Shown here: positions 50,344 to 61,765 of the stretch, piece by piece
How the letters are laid out: each line of letters begins with the position of its first letter
Numbering within the stretch: the stretch's first letter is position 1
NCBI GenBank assembly: GCA_965205365.1
Contig: CBDBGT010000011.1
Location: 281,268 to 345,267, forward strand
DNA length: 64,000 bases
Source: Bdellovibrionales bacterium
Lineage (GTDB): Bacteria; Bdellovibrionota; Bdellovibrionia; Bdellovibrionales; UBA1609
Reading direction: 5' to 3'
Made by a program: the position numbers and the translations under genes
The notes under the pieces: model-generated
Databases searched by the model: none
Told to the model about the DNA's origin: nothing
The model's input: only the letters and a program-made list of their open reading frames with translations

Positions 50344-50436
50344 ATATTAAAAATATATCATAAATGTTAAAACTTAAAGTCTTATATTTTAATAGGTATT
50401 TTCTGATAAATTTTTTTAAAAAAATTAATGTCTTAT

Positions 50437-51501
50437 CTAGTTCATTAATCTATGAAACTCTGGACTCTTAAAAATATTTAACTCTAAGCCTACTCCTTTA
50501 AAAATAAAATAAACTGCGAGCTTATTGTTAAGAGCATATTTTTTTGCTTTTTCAAATCCCAAAGACATTAAAGCTGTAGCAAGTGCGTCAGCTTTCATGC
50601 ATTCTTTATTCAACACACTAACAGAGATAAGCTTATCTTTAATAGGCTTACCTGTTTTAACATTTAAAATATGAGAGTAGTTTTTTTTACCAGAAAGAAA
50701 AAAATTTCGATAACTTCCTGAAGTAGCAATACTCATATTTTTTAAAGGCAAACTTACTTGAAAAGTTCTTAAATCAAGATTTGGTTTTTCTATGGCTATT
50801 TGCCAATTTTTTTTATTTTTTTTACCTGATGCTCTAAGCTCTCCACCAATTTCAACTAAATAATCTTTATAGCCTTCTTTAACTAGTAAATCTGATAAAA
50901 CATCCACTCCAAAACCTTTAGCTAAAGACGAAAGGTCAACATAAACTTTATCTAAATCTTTTTTTACAAAATATTTCTCACCATCTTTTACTAAACTAAG
51001 TCTCTGATATCCAACGACTGCTAATGCTTTTTGAATTTCTTTTTTTCCAGGAACTTTTTTATACCCACTAGGACCAAAGCCCCAAAGGTTAACTAATGGA
51101 CCTAGTGTAGGATCATATGATCCATCTGTGCTCTTAGCCACGTTTAAAGAATAGGCCAAGACTTTCTTAAACCATGGACTGATTTTAATATATTCACCTT
51201 TTAAAGAATTGTTAACTTTAGAAATTTCAGAGGTTAGAATATAAGTAGACATTTGCCTATTTACTTCTTTTAAGGATTTGTTAATTTTAGCTTTTAAAGC
51301 CAAAGTGTTTACTTTAGTAGACGCAATTTTTACTATATACGTTGTTCCCATTGTTTGACCGTTTATTAAAAAAACTTTTTTTTCATGGCGGCAAGAAGAA
51401 AAACTTACTAAAAAAACAATAAGCAGGGTTAAAGAAAATACCCTTTTTGTCACTCTACCCACCAAAATCATCAAGCATAATGTCTTCAGCTTCAACGCCA
51501 A
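50437..51501 (-). CDS. apbE: FAD:protein FMN transferase (ApbE family lipoprotein)
   Basis: Lipobox FSSC, MGTTY motif and ATSGSYRNF. It lies immediately downstream of nqrF, overlapping it by up to 47 nt depending on the start chosen. Confidence 0.85.
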   Translation of the reverse strand: MALKLKTLCLMILVGRVTKRVFSLTLLIVFLVSFSSCRHEKKVFLINGQTMGTTYIVKIASTKVNTLALKAKINKSLKEVNRQMSTYILTSEISKVNNSLKGEYIKISPWFKKVLAYSLNVAKSTDGSYDPTLGPLVNLWGFGPSGYKKVPGKKEIQKALAVVGYQRLSLVKDGEKYFVKKDLDKVYVDLSSLAKGFGVDVLSDLLVKEGYKDYLVEIGGELRASGKKNKKNWQIAIEKPNLDLRTFQVSLPLKNMSIATSGSYRNFFLSGKKNYSHILNVKTGKPIKDKLISVSVLNKECMKADALATALMSLGFEKAKKYALNNKLAVYFIFKGVGLELNIFKSPEFHRLMN

Positions 51502-52678
51502 GGTTTAACAACATCTGTGTAACACATTTATTCATCATAGGAGGTCCACATAAGTAGTATTCACAATCTTCTGGGTTTGGATGATCTTTTAAATACTCCT
51601 CAAACAATACATTATGAATAAACCCTTTATAACCATCCCAATTATCTTCAGGAAGAGGACTTGATAAGGCACAGTACCATTTAAAGTTAGAATTTTCTTT
51701 TTGAATATTGTCAAAATCTTGAATATAAAACATTTCTCTTTTAGAGCGAGCACCGTACCAAAAACTTGTCTTTCTATTAGTATGAATTCTCCTAAATTGA
51801 TCAAAAATATGAGAACGCATTGGAGCCATGCCCGCACCACCACCAACAAAGATCATTTCTTTTTTAGTGTCTCTTGCAAAAAATTCACCAAAAGGCCCTG
51901 AGATAACACATTCATCCCCTTGCTTTAAATCAAAAATATATGACGACATCAAACCCGGAGGAAGATCATCTCGACCTGGAGGAGGAGATGCAATACGCAC
52001 ATTAAGCATAATAATTCCTTTTTCTTCAGGGTAGTTTGCCATGGAATATGCTCTCACTGTTTCTTCAGAGCAAAAAGATGTAAATTTCCAAAGATTAAAT
52101 TTATCCCAATCATCTTTATACTCTTCTTCAATATTAAAATTCTTATAATCAATTTCTAAACCTGCTGGACGCTCAATCTGAATAAATCCACCAGCTTTAA
52201 AAGGCACAGACTCTCCCTGAGGAAGCTCTAGTATAAGTTCTTTAATAAATGTTGCAACATTATGATTAGACCTAACTTTACAAGTCCATTTTTTCACACC
52301 AAAAACTTCTTCTTCAACATAAATCTTCATATTTTGTTTAACTGTTACCTGACAAGAAAGCCTACAACCCTGTTTTGCTTCTCGTTTTGTTATGTGAGCA
52401 CTTTCTGTTTCAAGAATTTCACCACCACCTTCATGAATATCTACTTTACACTGGGCACAAGTACCACCGCCACCACAAGCAGAGGAAACAAAAAGCTTAT
52501 TGTCGGCTAAAATATTTAAAAGTTTTCCACCTGCAGAAACAACAATATCTTTTTTATCGTTTACATTAATTGTAATGTTTCCAGAAGAGACCAATCTTGA
52601 TTTAGCAAATAAAATCACAATGACTAATAATAAAACCACCACTGTAAACATTGTAACGCCTAATATTATTAAAAACAT
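51455..52678 (-). CDS. nqrF: Na+-translocating NADH-quinone reductase subunit F
   Basis: N-terminal TM, 2Fe-2S ferredoxin Cys cluster ([10 protein letters not shown]...C) and an FAD/NAD domain ([15 protein letters not shown]). Confidence 0.95.
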   Translation of the reverse strand: MFLIILGVTMFTVVVLLLVIVILFAKSRLVSSGNITINVNDKKDIVVSAGGKLLNILADNKLFVSSACGGGGTCAQCKVDIHEGGGEILETESAHITKREAKQGCRLSCQVTVKQNMKIYVEEEVFGVKKWTCKVRSNHNVATFIKELILELPQGESVPFKAGGFIQIERPAGLEIDYKNFNIEEEYKDDWDKFNLWKFTSFCSEETVRAYSMANYPEEKGIIMLNVRIASPPPGRDDLPPGLMSSYIFDLKQGDECVISGPFGEFFARDTKKEMIFVGGGAGMAPMRSHIFDQFRRIHTNRKTSFWYGARSKREMFYIQDFDNIQKENSNFKWYCALSSPLPEDNWDGYKGFIHNVLFEEYLKDHPNPEDCEYYLCGPPMMNKCVTQMLLNLGVEAEDIMLDDFGG

Positions 52679-52697
52679 ATTTTCATATTCTCCGATC

Positions 52698-53309
52698 TTA
52701 CAACTGAATACCTGAAAAAGCTAAAAACCCTAATGACATCAAGCCTACTGTAATAAAAATAATTCCAAGTCCTCTTAACCCTTTTGGAATATCTGCATAC
52801 TTTAGTTTTTCATTAATGCCTGCAAGAGCTGCAATTGCTAAAGCCCAACCAAACCCTGAACCTAAACCAAAGACAACAGACTCTCCAAATGTATAGTCTC
52901 TTTCAACCATAAATAAAGACCCACCTAAGATTGCACAGTTTACTGTTATCAAAGGTAGAAAAATTCCTAAAGCATTGTATAGTGCAGGAACATACTTATC
53001 TAAAACCATCTCTAAAATTTGTACACTTGCCGCAATTACCCCAATATAACAGATTAAACCTAAAAAACTTAGATCCACACCCTCAACACCAATCCATAAA
53101 AGAGCATCCTCTTTTAATAAGTAATTAAATAAAAGATTATTCATAGGGATTGTAATTACTTGAACAACAATAACAGCTACCCCTAGACCTATTGCTGTTT
53201 TTACTTTTTTAGAAACTGCTAAAAAAGTGCACATTCCTAAAAAAAAAGACAACGCTAAGTTCTCAATAAAAACGGCTTTAATGAATAAGCTCAAGTAATG
53301 TTCTAACAT
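52698..53309 (-). CDS. nqrE: Na+-NQR subunit E
   Basis: 203 aa polytopic Rnf/Nqr E-type protein. Operon position. Confidence 0.9.
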   Translation of the reverse strand: MLEHYLSLFIKAVFIENLALSFFLGMCTFLAVSKKVKTAIGLGVAVIVVQVITIPMNNLLFNYLLKEDALLWIGVEGVDLSFLGLICYIGVIAASVQILEMVLDKYVPALYNALGIFLPLITVNCAILGGSLFMVERDYTFGESVVFGLGSGFGWALAIAALAGINEKLKYADIPKGLRGLGIIFITVGLMSLGFLAFSGIQL

Positions 53310-53318
53310 AACTACCTC

Positions 53319-53936
53319 TTATCCCTCCACCTGATCTGTTTTCCATTGTCTAAGAATCCAAATAAATAAACCTATTAAGAAAAAAGCACTTGGTGCAAGT
53401 AAAGCCATACCGTTTGGTTGGTACCAACCACCTTCACCAATGGGTTTTAACACTGTAAAGCCCATAATCTTTCCTGTGCCAAAAATCTCTCTAAAAAAAG
53501 CTACAAAAATCAATATAATACTATAACCCAAGCCATTTCCAATACCGTCAAAAAAAGAAATAATAGGAGGATTCTTCATAGCAAAACCTTCAGCCCTACC
53601 CATTACAATACAGTTGGTAATAATCAAACCAATAAACACTGCCATTTCTTTTGCCACATCATAGAAAAAAGCTTTTAGAATCTGATCTGTTAAAATCACC
53701 AATGATGCAATAACTGTCATTTGAACAATAATTCTAATACTTGAAGGAATGTGGTTTCTGAGCAAACTTACAAAAAAATTCGAAAACCCTGTAACTAATA
53801 TTACAGCCATACACATAACAAGTGCTTTCTCCATTTTAGTTGTCACAGCAAGAGCTGAACATATTCCTAAAATTTGTAATGCAATTGGGTTATTATTAAA
53901 TAATGGATTAAATAAGGATTTCTTAAGTTTATTCAT
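53319..53936 (-). CDS. nqrD: Na+-NQR subunit D
   Basis: 205 aa polytopic protein. [18 protein letters not shown] motif. Confidence 0.9.
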   Translation of the reverse strand: MNKLKKSLFNPLFNNNPIALQILGICSALAVTTKMEKALVMCMAVILVTGFSNFFVSLLRNHIPSSIRIIVQMTVIASLVILTDQILKAFFYDVAKEMAVFIGLIITNCIVMGRAEGFAMKNPPIISFFDGIGNGLGYSIILIFVAFFREIFGTGKIMGFTVLKPIGEGGWYQPNGMALLAPSAFFLIGLFIWILRQWKTDQVEG

Positions 53937-54732
53937 TGCTACTCACCCCCTCTAAGGCTTCCAACATAGCTTGTCTTTGTAAATCTAAGTATAGACCAAA
54001 GCCATCTTTACCAAGCCAATACTTTATAAGCCCTGTGACACCATTACTTGTAATAGTCGCCCCTGAGAGACCATCAATTTTATAAGCAAACTCTGGATCT
54101 CCACGGTCCACTAAACCCTTAACCACTTTTAAGCTTACCTTAAGGTTTTCATTATAAATTCTTTTTCCTACCCACTTTGCCTTCCAACTTGGATTGTCAA
54201 CTTCACCACCTAAACCTGGAGTTTCTCCATGGCTATAAAACCCAATACCCTTAACAGTATTAAAATCCACATCCAAAGCTAAAAAACCATACATTGTAGA
54301 CCATAAGCCTTTTCCATAAACTGGAAGAATCAGCATTTTCATAACATCATCAACCACGTATTTATAAGCAAGTGCATACTTAGACACTCTCTTAATCCCA
54401 GCAGTATCTTTATTTGAATCAATAAGTTTACCAATCTTATTTGCTTTTTTCTGATCAAAAGTCTTTGGGTCTATATTTACTGCTTCTTTACCTGTTTTAA
54501 GATTTATAACTACAGCTGTAATTGAGGAATAAGCTGTTTCAATCTCATCTTTCAAAGCTTTTGGGTTTTTTAACAACCCTGAAGCTAACAAAAGGTTTTT
54601 CTTAATATCTAGTGCTTTATTAATATCTTGCCTATCTTTAAGTAAAACAACAGAAATTGATACAAGTAGCGAACATACAACACATAAAACTGTTGCAACA
54701 ACCAAGGTTTTTAAAACACTATCCTTTTGCAT
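53929..54732 (-). CDS. nqrC: Na+-NQR subunit C (FMN-binding)
   Basis: Single TM plus the FMN attachment motif [11 protein letters not shown]. Confidence 0.9.
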   Translation of the reverse strand: MQKDSVLKTLVVATVLCVVCSLLVSISVVLLKDRQDINKALDIKKNLLLASGLLKNPKALKDEIETAYSSITAVVINLKTGKEAVNIDPKTFDQKKANKIGKLIDSNKDTAGIKRVSKYALAYKYVVDDVMKMLILPVYGKGLWSTMYGFLALDVDFNTVKGIGFYSHGETPGLGGEVDNPSWKAKWVGKRIYNENLKVSLKVVKGLVDRGDPEFAYKIDGLSGATITSNGVTGLIKYWLGKDGFGLYLDLQRQAMLEALEGVSSNE

Positions 54733-55927
54733 ACTTTAACTTCCGCCTTTTAATATTAAAACTCATAACAAAGTAATCAATCAATGGTGCAAACACGTTA
54801 CCAAATAAAATTGCTAGCATTACACCTTCTGGAAATGCAGGGTTTACAACTCTTACTAAAATAACCATAGCACCAATTAGAGCACCATAGAAAAACTGAC
54901 CTTTAAAAGTCATAGCAGCACTAACAGGGTCTGTGGCCATAAAAACTGTGCCAAACGCAAAGCCACCCACTACAAGGTGCCACAGAGGAGACATTGCAAA
55001 CATTGGATTAGTATCACTTCCTATATAGTTAAACAGTGCTGCAAAAACCATAGTCGACACCACCATTGAAAAAATTATTCTCCATGAACCAATTCCTGTA
55101 AGAATTAAAAGCCCTGCACCTAACAAGCAGGCTAGAGTCGATGTTTCCCCCATTGACCCTGGAATCAAACCTATAAAAGCATCCATCCAAGAATAGGTTA
55201 CTGAGGCCATGCCATCTAAAGCTGCTTGGCCTAAGATTGTAGCCCCTGTAAAGCCATCTGCCGCAGTCCACACCATATTTCCAGAAATTTGAGCAGGATA
55301 TGCAAAGAATAAAAAAGCTCTTCCAGTTAACGCTGGGTTTAAAAAGTTTTTTCCCGTCCCACCAAAAATTTCCTTACCAATGACAACACCAAAGGTAATG
55401 CCCACAGCAACCTGCCATAAAGGAATTAAAGGAGGCAAAGTTAAGGGAAAAAGCAAGCCTGTCACTAAAAACCCTTCATTAATCTCATGCCCTCTAACAG
55501 AAGCAAAAATACCTTCCCACAAACCACCCACTAAATTAGTCACTAAAAATATAGGTATAAAAAACAAAGCACCTAAAGCAAAGCAAGATAAAAGGTTTGA
55601 TGAGTCTAAAACAAAACCCAGAGCATGAAAGATTTCACCTCTAATCCCTGTAACCTCATCAAGTCCCATTGATGCCATAGCTAATTGAGCCTGATAACCT
55701 GTATTGTACATTGCCATAATAATACAAGGCATAAGAGCCATGGCCACAGTGACCATTGTTCTTTTAAGATCCATACCATCTCTTACATGAACTCTACCCG
55801 TGGTAGTTTCACCTGGAGTATATAAAAAAGTGTCAATAGCTTCATATAACGGGTAAAAAACCTTTAACTTTCCATCACCCACAAAATGTTTATGTTGAGA
55901 GTCTAAAAAATTACGCAATACTTTCAT
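54719..55927 (-). CDS. nqrB: Na+-NQR subunit B
   Basis: 402 aa polytopic protein. FMN-attachment-type motif AADGFTGAT. Confidence 0.93.
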   Translation of the reverse strand: MKVLRNFLDSQHKHFVGDGKLKVFYPLYEAIDTFLYTPGETTTGRVHVRDGMDLKRTMVTVAMALMPCIIMAMYNTGYQAQLAMASMGLDEVTGIRGEIFHALGFVLDSSNLLSCFALGALFFIPIFLVTNLVGGLWEGIFASVRGHEINEGFLVTGLLFPLTLPPLIPLWQVAVGITFGVVIGKEIFGGTGKNFLNPALTGRAFLFFAYPAQISGNMVWTAADGFTGATILGQAALDGMASVTYSWMDAFIGLIPGSMGETSTLACLLGAGLLILTGIGSWRIIFSMVVSTMVFAALFNYIGSDTNPMFAMSPLWHLVVGGFAFGTVFMATDPVSAAMTFKGQFFYGALIGAMVILVRVVNPAFPEGVMLAILFGNVFAPLIDYFVMSFNIKRRKLKYAKG

Positions 55928-55933
55928 TTTAAA

Positions 55934-57277
55934 TTACCCTTCTCTCTCTATTGTACTTAAATTCTTTCTAAGCATAATTCCAAAATCTACTTTTCCAGGA
56001 GAGGCAAATGTAAGAAGAGCCATGTCTTCTTCTATGAGCTCTAAACAACCTAAATCCTGTGCCTGATCCGTATCATTTGACGCTAATGCTCTTAAAAGCT
56101 GAGTTGGTAAAATATCAAGTGGCATTACTTTTTCAAATGCACCAGTGGGCACCATGGCTCTAACGGAGCCATGGGTGGAAGATCCTAGATCAAAAACTTT
56201 TCCTGGAATAAGTTTTGATAAAAATGTATTTCTAATGGAAAACTTGTTAAAGCCTGGTGAGTGCCAGCCTAAAAACTCTCTTTTATTATCCTCTTGAATT
56301 AAAATAATTTGATTTGAATAAGCACCTAAATAATCAAACACACCTTCTGCTTTGTGACCATTAAATAAAGACCCTGAAATTACTCTTAACGCTTTACCTC
56401 CTTTAACCTCTCCACTTATAAGCTCTGATATCTGAGCCCCTTTTCTAACTTTCAAATACCTTGGATTAGAAGCCAAAGGGCCACCAATAGTAATCATTTT
56501 ATCAGTTAAAAGACCACCTGTAAGAAAAAGCCTACCTACAGCTATGACATCTTGATAACCTATATGCCAAACAACTTTAGTTGGATTTACAGGATCAATA
56601 AAGTGAATATGAGTTCCTGGATTTCCAGCTGGATGTGGTCCTGAAAATTCAGCAACATCTACACCGTAGTCTTTAAGGCTTGAACCAAGGGCTTTGCAAA
56701 CATAGGTTTTATTCTTTGAAAGCTTAGATAAAACCTCAACACCAGCCTTAAATTCGTCTTGAAACTGGCCAACTACAAATTCCGGTTTTGGAGCTAATGG
56801 GTTTGTATCCATCACTGTAATAAAAAGTGATTCAGGTTTAGCCACCACATCTGCTACTTTACCAAACGGCCTTTGAATTAAACCTTTCCACTCACCAGAT
56901 TCAATGAGTAACCTTTTCACCTCTTCAGTTGTATAGTCTTTTACAGGTTTAGAAATATAAGTCTTAAAAAATAGAGCTTCTTCTTTTTTTGAAAGTTGAA
57001 TTTCCATGGATTGAAACAAACGTCTATGACCACGATTTATAGCAATAACTCTACCCGCTGCTAAAGATGTAAAAACCAATCCAATATTTTTCTTACATGA
57101 AAAAAGTGGCTGACCAATTTTAACATCCTCTCCTATTTTAACTCGCATTGTGGGCTTCATACCAATAAAGTCAGAACCTATAATTGCAATTTTCTTAGAC
57201 TCTTTACTTAAATCTAAGCTTTCCTGAGGTTCACCTGATATAGGTAGTTTTAAACCTTTTTTAATGTAAAATTTCAT
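55934..57277 (-). CDS. nqrA: Na+-NQR subunit A
   Basis: 447 aa soluble subunit. MKFYIKKGLKLPISGEP start typical of NqrA. First gene of the operon. Confidence 0.93.
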   Translation of the reverse strand: MKFYIKKGLKLPISGEPQESLDLSKESKKIAIIGSDFIGMKPTMRVKIGEDVKIGQPLFSCKKNIGLVFTSLAAGRVIAINRGHRRLFQSMEIQLSKKEEALFFKTYISKPVKDYTTEEVKRLLIESGEWKGLIQRPFGKVADVVAKPESLFITVMDTNPLAPKPEFVVGQFQDEFKAGVEVLSKLSKNKTYVCKALGSSLKDYGVDVAEFSGPHPAGNPGTHIHFIDPVNPTKVVWHIGYQDVIAVGRLFLTGGLLTDKMITIGGPLASNPRYLKVRKGAQISELISGEVKGGKALRVISGSLFNGHKAEGVFDYLGAYSNQIILIQEDNKREFLGWHSPGFNKFSIRNTFLSKLIPGKVFDLGSSTHGSVRAMVPTGAFEKVMPLDILPTQLLRALASNDTDQAQDLGCLELIEEDMALLTFASPGKVDFGIMLRKNLSTIEREG

Positions 57278-57530
57278 TAATCTCTTCCTAAGGACTTTAA
57301 CTCACTACAAAAAATTAAATCAAAAATTAATAGAATCCAGATATATAATCAATAAAAATTCAGTTGAAAACCTTATATTGTGTTTTTATTGTGCATTTTA
57401 TCTATTTACCCTTGAATCTAGCTTTTCTAATGATACCAGTCTTAAAGTTTTTTAAATTATATCAATATCTCATTCACTTTCTAGAAAATAAGTTTTATCA
57501 ACAAAATTTTAGAAAAAAAATTTATAAAAA

Positions 57531-58228
57531 TAGACTCTTTGGGAAATTAGCATCTGTATAAAAGTCATTATTCTAGAGGGTTGAGCCACCTAGACCTGCA
57601 TTAGACCTTTAAGCTTATTTTTTAGATACTTCTTTAAAAAGGAGTATTTAAAATGTTTGATGTTAAAGAAATTTAGAATTGCAACGAGAAAATGATTAAT
57701 ACCACAGGCCTTAAAATTGAAGAAACTGATCTAGTTTTTAACGATTTTAAAGCTGAACTTAAGAAAATACGACGCCGTAAAAACCCAAACTGAGCTGTTA
57801 GCAGACCCTCTAAATTAACGGAAAAAGAAATTTTTATAATGCTTATGATTTTTATTGGTCAGTATACCAAAAATGCCCTACCCTCTAAAACTCTTATTTA
57901 CATTGATACAGGCTTTAAAGGGGTGAACAATTTATGTCCAGATTTAGAAATCAGAAAACCTAAGAAGAAAAGAAGAGATAAAAAATTAAACGGTGGAAAA
58001 AGGCTTGAAAACCCCATGATCTTAAGTGAAAGAGTGAAGGTTTGAACATGCAATTGGTGGGATGAAAAAATTTAAAATAGCTTCCAATAAATTTAGAGGC
58101 ATTACTCAATTAATGGATGAGGTGTTTAAAGTGGCAAGTGGTCTTTGGAACCTTCAAATCTACTCTAAGGTCCTTAAGTCGTCTCTAGATAAAGGCTTGA
58201 GGGATTTTTGAATTTCCCAAAGAGTCTA
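57531..58228 (+). mobile_element. decayed, internally deleted IS5-superfamily (HTH_Tnp_4 / DDE_Tnp_4-like) element with perfect 18-bp terminal inverted repeats
   Basis: TAGACTCTTTGGGAAATT (57531-57548) is the exact reverse complement of AATTTCCCAAAGAGTCTA (58211-58228). The interior encodes fragments in different frames: RPSKLTEKEIFIMLMIFIGQYT, IYIDTGFKGV and, across a stop/frameshift, RVKV | EHAIGGMKKFKIASNKFRG. Confidence 0.75.
57839..58045 (+). pseudogene. transposase fragment of the decayed element
   Basis: 68-aa ORF joining an HTH remnant directly to the C-terminal DxGFxG region. It is followed by a stop, then out-of-frame EHAIGGMKKFKI. Confidence 0.7.
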
Positions 58229-58455
58229 GTATTAAAAAAACTTCAAACTGATCTTAACATTTAGATTTTTAAATACAGTTTTAAAAACTCTAAGGAAGTT
58301 TGACTAAAGGTAAAAACACCTTAAAAAAGGTTAACTAAAAAATAAAGAAAACTAGGCAAAAAAGAAATTAAGTTTTTAACTCATAAAACAGTTAAAAACT
58401 AACTGCCAACTTTTTTTTTAAATTTCAGACTGAATCTAAGCCATACAATATACAT

Positions 58456-58485
58456 AAAAAAAAGCTGATATTTTAAATACCAGCT
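58456..58485 (-). terminator. rho-independent terminator of the cold-shock gene
   Basis: On the minus strand: AGCTG-loop-CAGCT hairpin (58485-58463) followed by a T8 run (58463-58456), about 30 nt after the stop codon. Confidence 0.55.
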
Positions 58486-58515
58486 TTAAACTTTTATACT
58501 TTAATTTAAAAATTT

Positions 58516-58710
58516 TTAATTTGAAACTTTCACCTTAACAGCACATGGACCTTTGTTACCTTGTCCAACTTCAAACTCAACTTTATCACCATCACGTGGC
58601 TCATTTCCTTGAACTTCAGAAATATGAAAAAATAAATCATCACCACTATCTGGAGTGATAAAACCAAAACCTTTTGTATTGTTGAAAAACTTTACTGTAC
58701 CTGTACTCAT
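58516..58710 (-). CDS. cspA: cold-shock protein (CspA family)
   Basis: 64 aa. GTVKFFNNTKGFGFITPD (RNP-1) and DLFFHIS (RNP-2-like). Confidence 0.9.
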   Translation of the reverse strand: MSTGTVKFFNNTKGFGFITPDSGDDLFFHISEVQGNEPRDGDKVEFEVGQGNKGPCAVKVKVSN

Positions 58711-59010
58711 TTAATAACCTCTTATTCTTGTTTATTTGTTTGTGCCCTTTTCATAACATAGATGTAAACAAATGATAGCTTTTATTTTAAATTTATTACT
58801 TTAAGATTAAAATATGGGCAAAAATACTTATTTTTTAAACTTTCTACAATAGCAAAAGAAAGCCACTAAGGAAGAAAAGAAAAATTTAACAATAAAACGT
58901 CAAAAGCTAAGGCAAGCCCTCTTTCTATACTTATGCTATTAATAAGGGCTATTTCCTAAAAAAACTACCTTTAACCGTGTTCAAAACCATGAAAATAGAA
59001 TGTTAAATTA

Positions 59011-59036
59011 GATTTAAAAAGTCCAAACTCGGGTTA
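59011..59036. repeat. solo right end of an IS982-family element
   Basis: GATTTAAAAAGTCCAAACTCGGGTTA versus the right end of the intact copy, GGTTTAGAAAGTCCGAACTCGGGTTA (50318-50343). No transposase remains. Confidence 0.6.
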
Positions 59037-59469
59037 ATTAGTGCCCTTGTTAAAATCCAATACTCAACTTTGCAATTTAAACAAGCCCATAAATTAAAAT
59101 TTTTCATAAAGAGTTTAAATTCAGCAATACTTTCTTTTATATCATCAATTGTACAATGTGAATTCTACTTTTTAAACTCAATACCTTTAAAAGTAAAAGC
59201 TAGTTTAAGTGCTGTAACATCCAGTTGCTTATAGTGTAAAAGTTTAGAAAAGTTTTTAAAGTATTTTTCTAAGAAGAAACCATCCTGGAAAGTTTTTAGA
59301 GGAAATTTATAAAGAACGAGGCAGTCAGTTTTTAAAGCAATATGAACCTTAAATCAACTTTATAGTTTTTGAAGCTGCCTACGTTTGAAATCAAATCATG
59401 TCTAATTAGATGTCAAAAACTGCTAAAAGCGTTCAGGAAAATTTCAAATTCTTTTTTCCACAGCCTCCT

Positions 59470-59486
59470 AATTTTAGAAGAGAACC
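59470..59486. repeat. solo terminal repeat of the ISL3-type element seen at 5167-5876
   Basis: TTTTAGAAGAGAACC (59472-59486) is identical to the reverse complement of IRL at 5172-5186. The upstream CCTCC-A-TTTTAG context also resembles 5186-5200. Confidence 0.5.
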
Positions 59487-59527
59487 ACATTTACCCCACA
59501 GCTCTCACGTCTTTAGACAGCACATAG

Positions 59528-60313
59528 CTAATACTTAAGCTTACGAAATAGTTTTAAATTATTCTTAGCAGTTATGGTTTTAAGTTCTTTTAGACTTATT
59601 CCTTTAAGCTGTGCAATTTTTTTTGCTGTATGCAGCATAAAAGCTGAGTGGTTTTCCTCACCTCTTTTAGGAACAGGAGCTAAAAAAGGAGCATCCGTTT
59701 CAATATGAATTCTATCTAAAGGAATTACATTTTGAATACTTTCTCTTAAAGAGTCGGCTGAATTAAAAGTTACAATTCCACTTAAAGAAAAATGACAACC
59801 ATATTCAACGCCTTTTTCAGCAAGTTTCCTAGAACTTGAAAAACAATGAAGAAGACTTTGTACTCTACCCTCATAATTTTTTAAAACCTGAATAGTTTCT
59901 TCCTCAGCATTTCTTGTATGAATTTGAACAGGAAGATCAAACTTTTGAGCAATGTCCATTTGCTCATTAAAAACCTTTATTTGCAAATCTCTTGGTGCAT
60001 TATCATAGTAAAAATCCAGACCAATTTCCCCAACAGCTACAACTTTTGGATGATTTAAATTTTTAAGCATAAAGCTTTTAGCATCTACAAAGTCTTTTGC
60101 ATCATGAGGATGTACCCCTAAAGTACAATAAACCTCATCATATTTTTTAGCTAAATCTAATACAATTGGATGATCTTTAGAGTTGGTTCCAATATTAATA
60201 AACCTATGAATTTCTTCTTGTTTAGCAAGTTCTATGGCTTGAAAAGGAGTTCTTTTTTTAAGCATATTTAAGTGTACATGTGAATCAGTCCAGAAATCAG
60301 CCATTAAACCCAA
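59528..60313 (-). CDS. tatD: TatD-family metal-dependent DNase/hydrolase
   Basis: DSHVHL, GEIGLDFYY, HTR, ETDAPFL. Confidence 0.85.
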   Translation of the reverse strand: MGLMADFWTDSHVHLNMLKKRTPFQAIELAKQEEIHRFINIGTNSKDHPIVLDLAKKYDEVYCTLGVHPHDAKDFVDAKSFMLKNLNHPKVVAVGEIGLDFYYDNAPRDLQIKVFNEQMDIAQKFDLPVQIHTRNAEEETIQVLKNYEGRVQSLLHCFSSSRKLAEKGVEYGCHFSLSGIVTFNSADSLRESIQNVIPLDRIHIETDAPFLAPVPKRGEENHSAFMLHTAKKIAQLKGISLKELKTITAKNNLKLFRKLKY

Positions 60314-61025
60314 ACCTTTGAATTGCTAAAGCTAACCACTTTATATCCATATTTGCTTTAATTTTTTCATCTAAATCATCCATAAAATCAAAAAGTCTGT
60401 GCCATTCATTTTTATTTAACTCTCCAGAGTAAGCTTTATGAATAAAGTTTTCTCTAGCTTTTAAAGAAAACTCTTGCCATTCTTCTTGAATATCTTTTTT
60501 CGATAATTTTACTAAAGACTTAAAGTCTTTAGTAAAAAAGGCCTCTTCAAATACATTTAGTTTTTCTTTTGAGGCCAAATGACCTACATCTTCATTTATT
60601 ACAAAGCTTCTTGATAACACAGTTTTTAAAACACTTCTTTTAGAAGGAGCTCCTAAAATAAAATAAGTGTCTTTAGGAGTTTCTTCCAATGATTTTAAAA
60701 GAGCATTAGAGCTTTGTGCAGTTAAGAGTTCTGATTTTGGAACCAAAATATATCGACCTGAGGAGGGGTCCCAATTACAAAGGGATAATTTTTTTAAAAG
60801 ATTTCTTACTTCATCAACTTTAATAGAGTTTAAAGCTTGTGAGCCTAAAAAAATAACACTTCCTCTAGCCTCTGAAACTTTAGATCCTTCTAAATAACAA
60901 GCTATTTCAACTAAACGCTGTGCTTTTATTTCTTGATGGTACAGCCCTGTGATTAAAAGAAAATTTGGGATTTTTTTAGCTTTTTTTAATGCAAGCAATT
61001 TTTTCTCAAGTGATAAACTAATCAT
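60297..61025 (-). CDS. holB: DNA polymerase III delta-prime subunit-like (short form)
   Basis: 242 aa. SSNALLKSLEETPKDTYFILG...LKTVLSRS matches the clamp-loader sensor region. Located between tmk and tatD, as in many bacteria. Confidence 0.65.
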   Translation of the reverse strand: MISLSLEKKLLALKKAKKIPNFLLITGLYHQEIKAQRLVEIACYLEGSKVSEARGSVIFLGSQALNSIKVDEVRNLLKKLSLCNWDPSSGRYILVPKSELLTAQSSNALLKSLEETPKDTYFILGAPSKRSVLKTVLSRSFVINEDVGHLASKEKLNVFEEAFFTKDFKSLVKLSKKDIQEEWQEFSLKARENFIHKAYSGELNKNEWHRLFDFMDDLDEKIKANMDIKWLALAIQRFGFNG

Positions 61026-61650
61026 TCTGCCTCTGAAAGTCTGAAAACTTTTTATCTAATTCCTCTAAAAGTTCTTTAAAGCCTTGGCGTCCATCTAAAA
61101 CAATCCAGTAAGATTTTTCATCCATTTTTAAAGTACTCTTATAACCATTATAGACTTTATTATGAAAGCTTAGTCTTTCCTCTTCAAGCCTATCTAAAGC
61201 TTCGCCTTCAAATTTTCTTTTTTCAAGCCTTTGTTGACAAATATCAACTGGAGTATCCACCCAAATCACAACATTTGGAACTAAGCTTTTTGTAGCAAAA
61301 TTATTCAACCATTCTATATCACCTACACTAAGCCCTCTTCCATAACCTTGAAAAGCTAGAGTGCTCTGATAAAACCTATCAGCAACCACCCATTTTCCTG
61401 CTTTTAAAGCTGGCTTAATTTTTTTAGCCACAAGCTCTGCTCTTGAGGCTTGATAAAGCAATAGCTCTGTTTCAGCCAAGGGTTTTTCTTCCTTTGACAA
61501 TAAAATTTTCCTGATTTTATCACCAACCTTAGTACCACCTGGATCAACAACCTGCTCAAATTTTATTTGCCTGCTTAAAAGGCTTTTTTTAAATGCCTTC
61601 ATAAGAGTAGATTTTCCTGAACCGTCTAAGCCTTCAAACACAATAAACAT
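61018..61650 (-). CDS. tmk: thymidylate kinase
   Basis: MFIVFEGLDGSGKST P-loop, DRF motif (ADRFYQST). Confidence 0.92.
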   Translation of the reverse strand: MFIVFEGLDGSGKSTLMKAFKKSLLSRQIKFEQVVDPGGTKVGDKIRKILLSKEEKPLAETELLLYQASRAELVAKKIKPALKAGKWVVADRFYQSTLAFQGYGRGLSVGDIEWLNNFATKSLVPNVVIWVDTPVDICQQRLEKRKFEGEALDRLEEERLSFHNKVYNGYKSTLKMDEKSYWIVLDGRQGFKELLEELDKKFSDFQRQND

Positions 61651-61765
61651 TATTAGCTCCCTTTTCCCTTAAATGACACACTGCTCTTAAGAGGCTTTAG
61701 TCTAAACTAAAGGTAGCCATTTTTAATAGTTTTAGAGTACATTTTCCTTTTTTGGAGAACAACTT

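Noticed and set aside
51455-51501. 47-nt overlap between nqrF and apbE.
   Set aside because: It is most likely an artefact of choosing the longest ORF. An internal Met (MILVGRV...) still precedes the lipoprotein signal and shortens the overlap.
57364-57561. 65-aa ORF in the AT-rich spacer upstream of nqrA.
   Set aside because: It has low-complexity, hydrophobic, AT-driven composition, runs into the terminal repeat of the decayed IS, and has no ribosome-binding site or motif.
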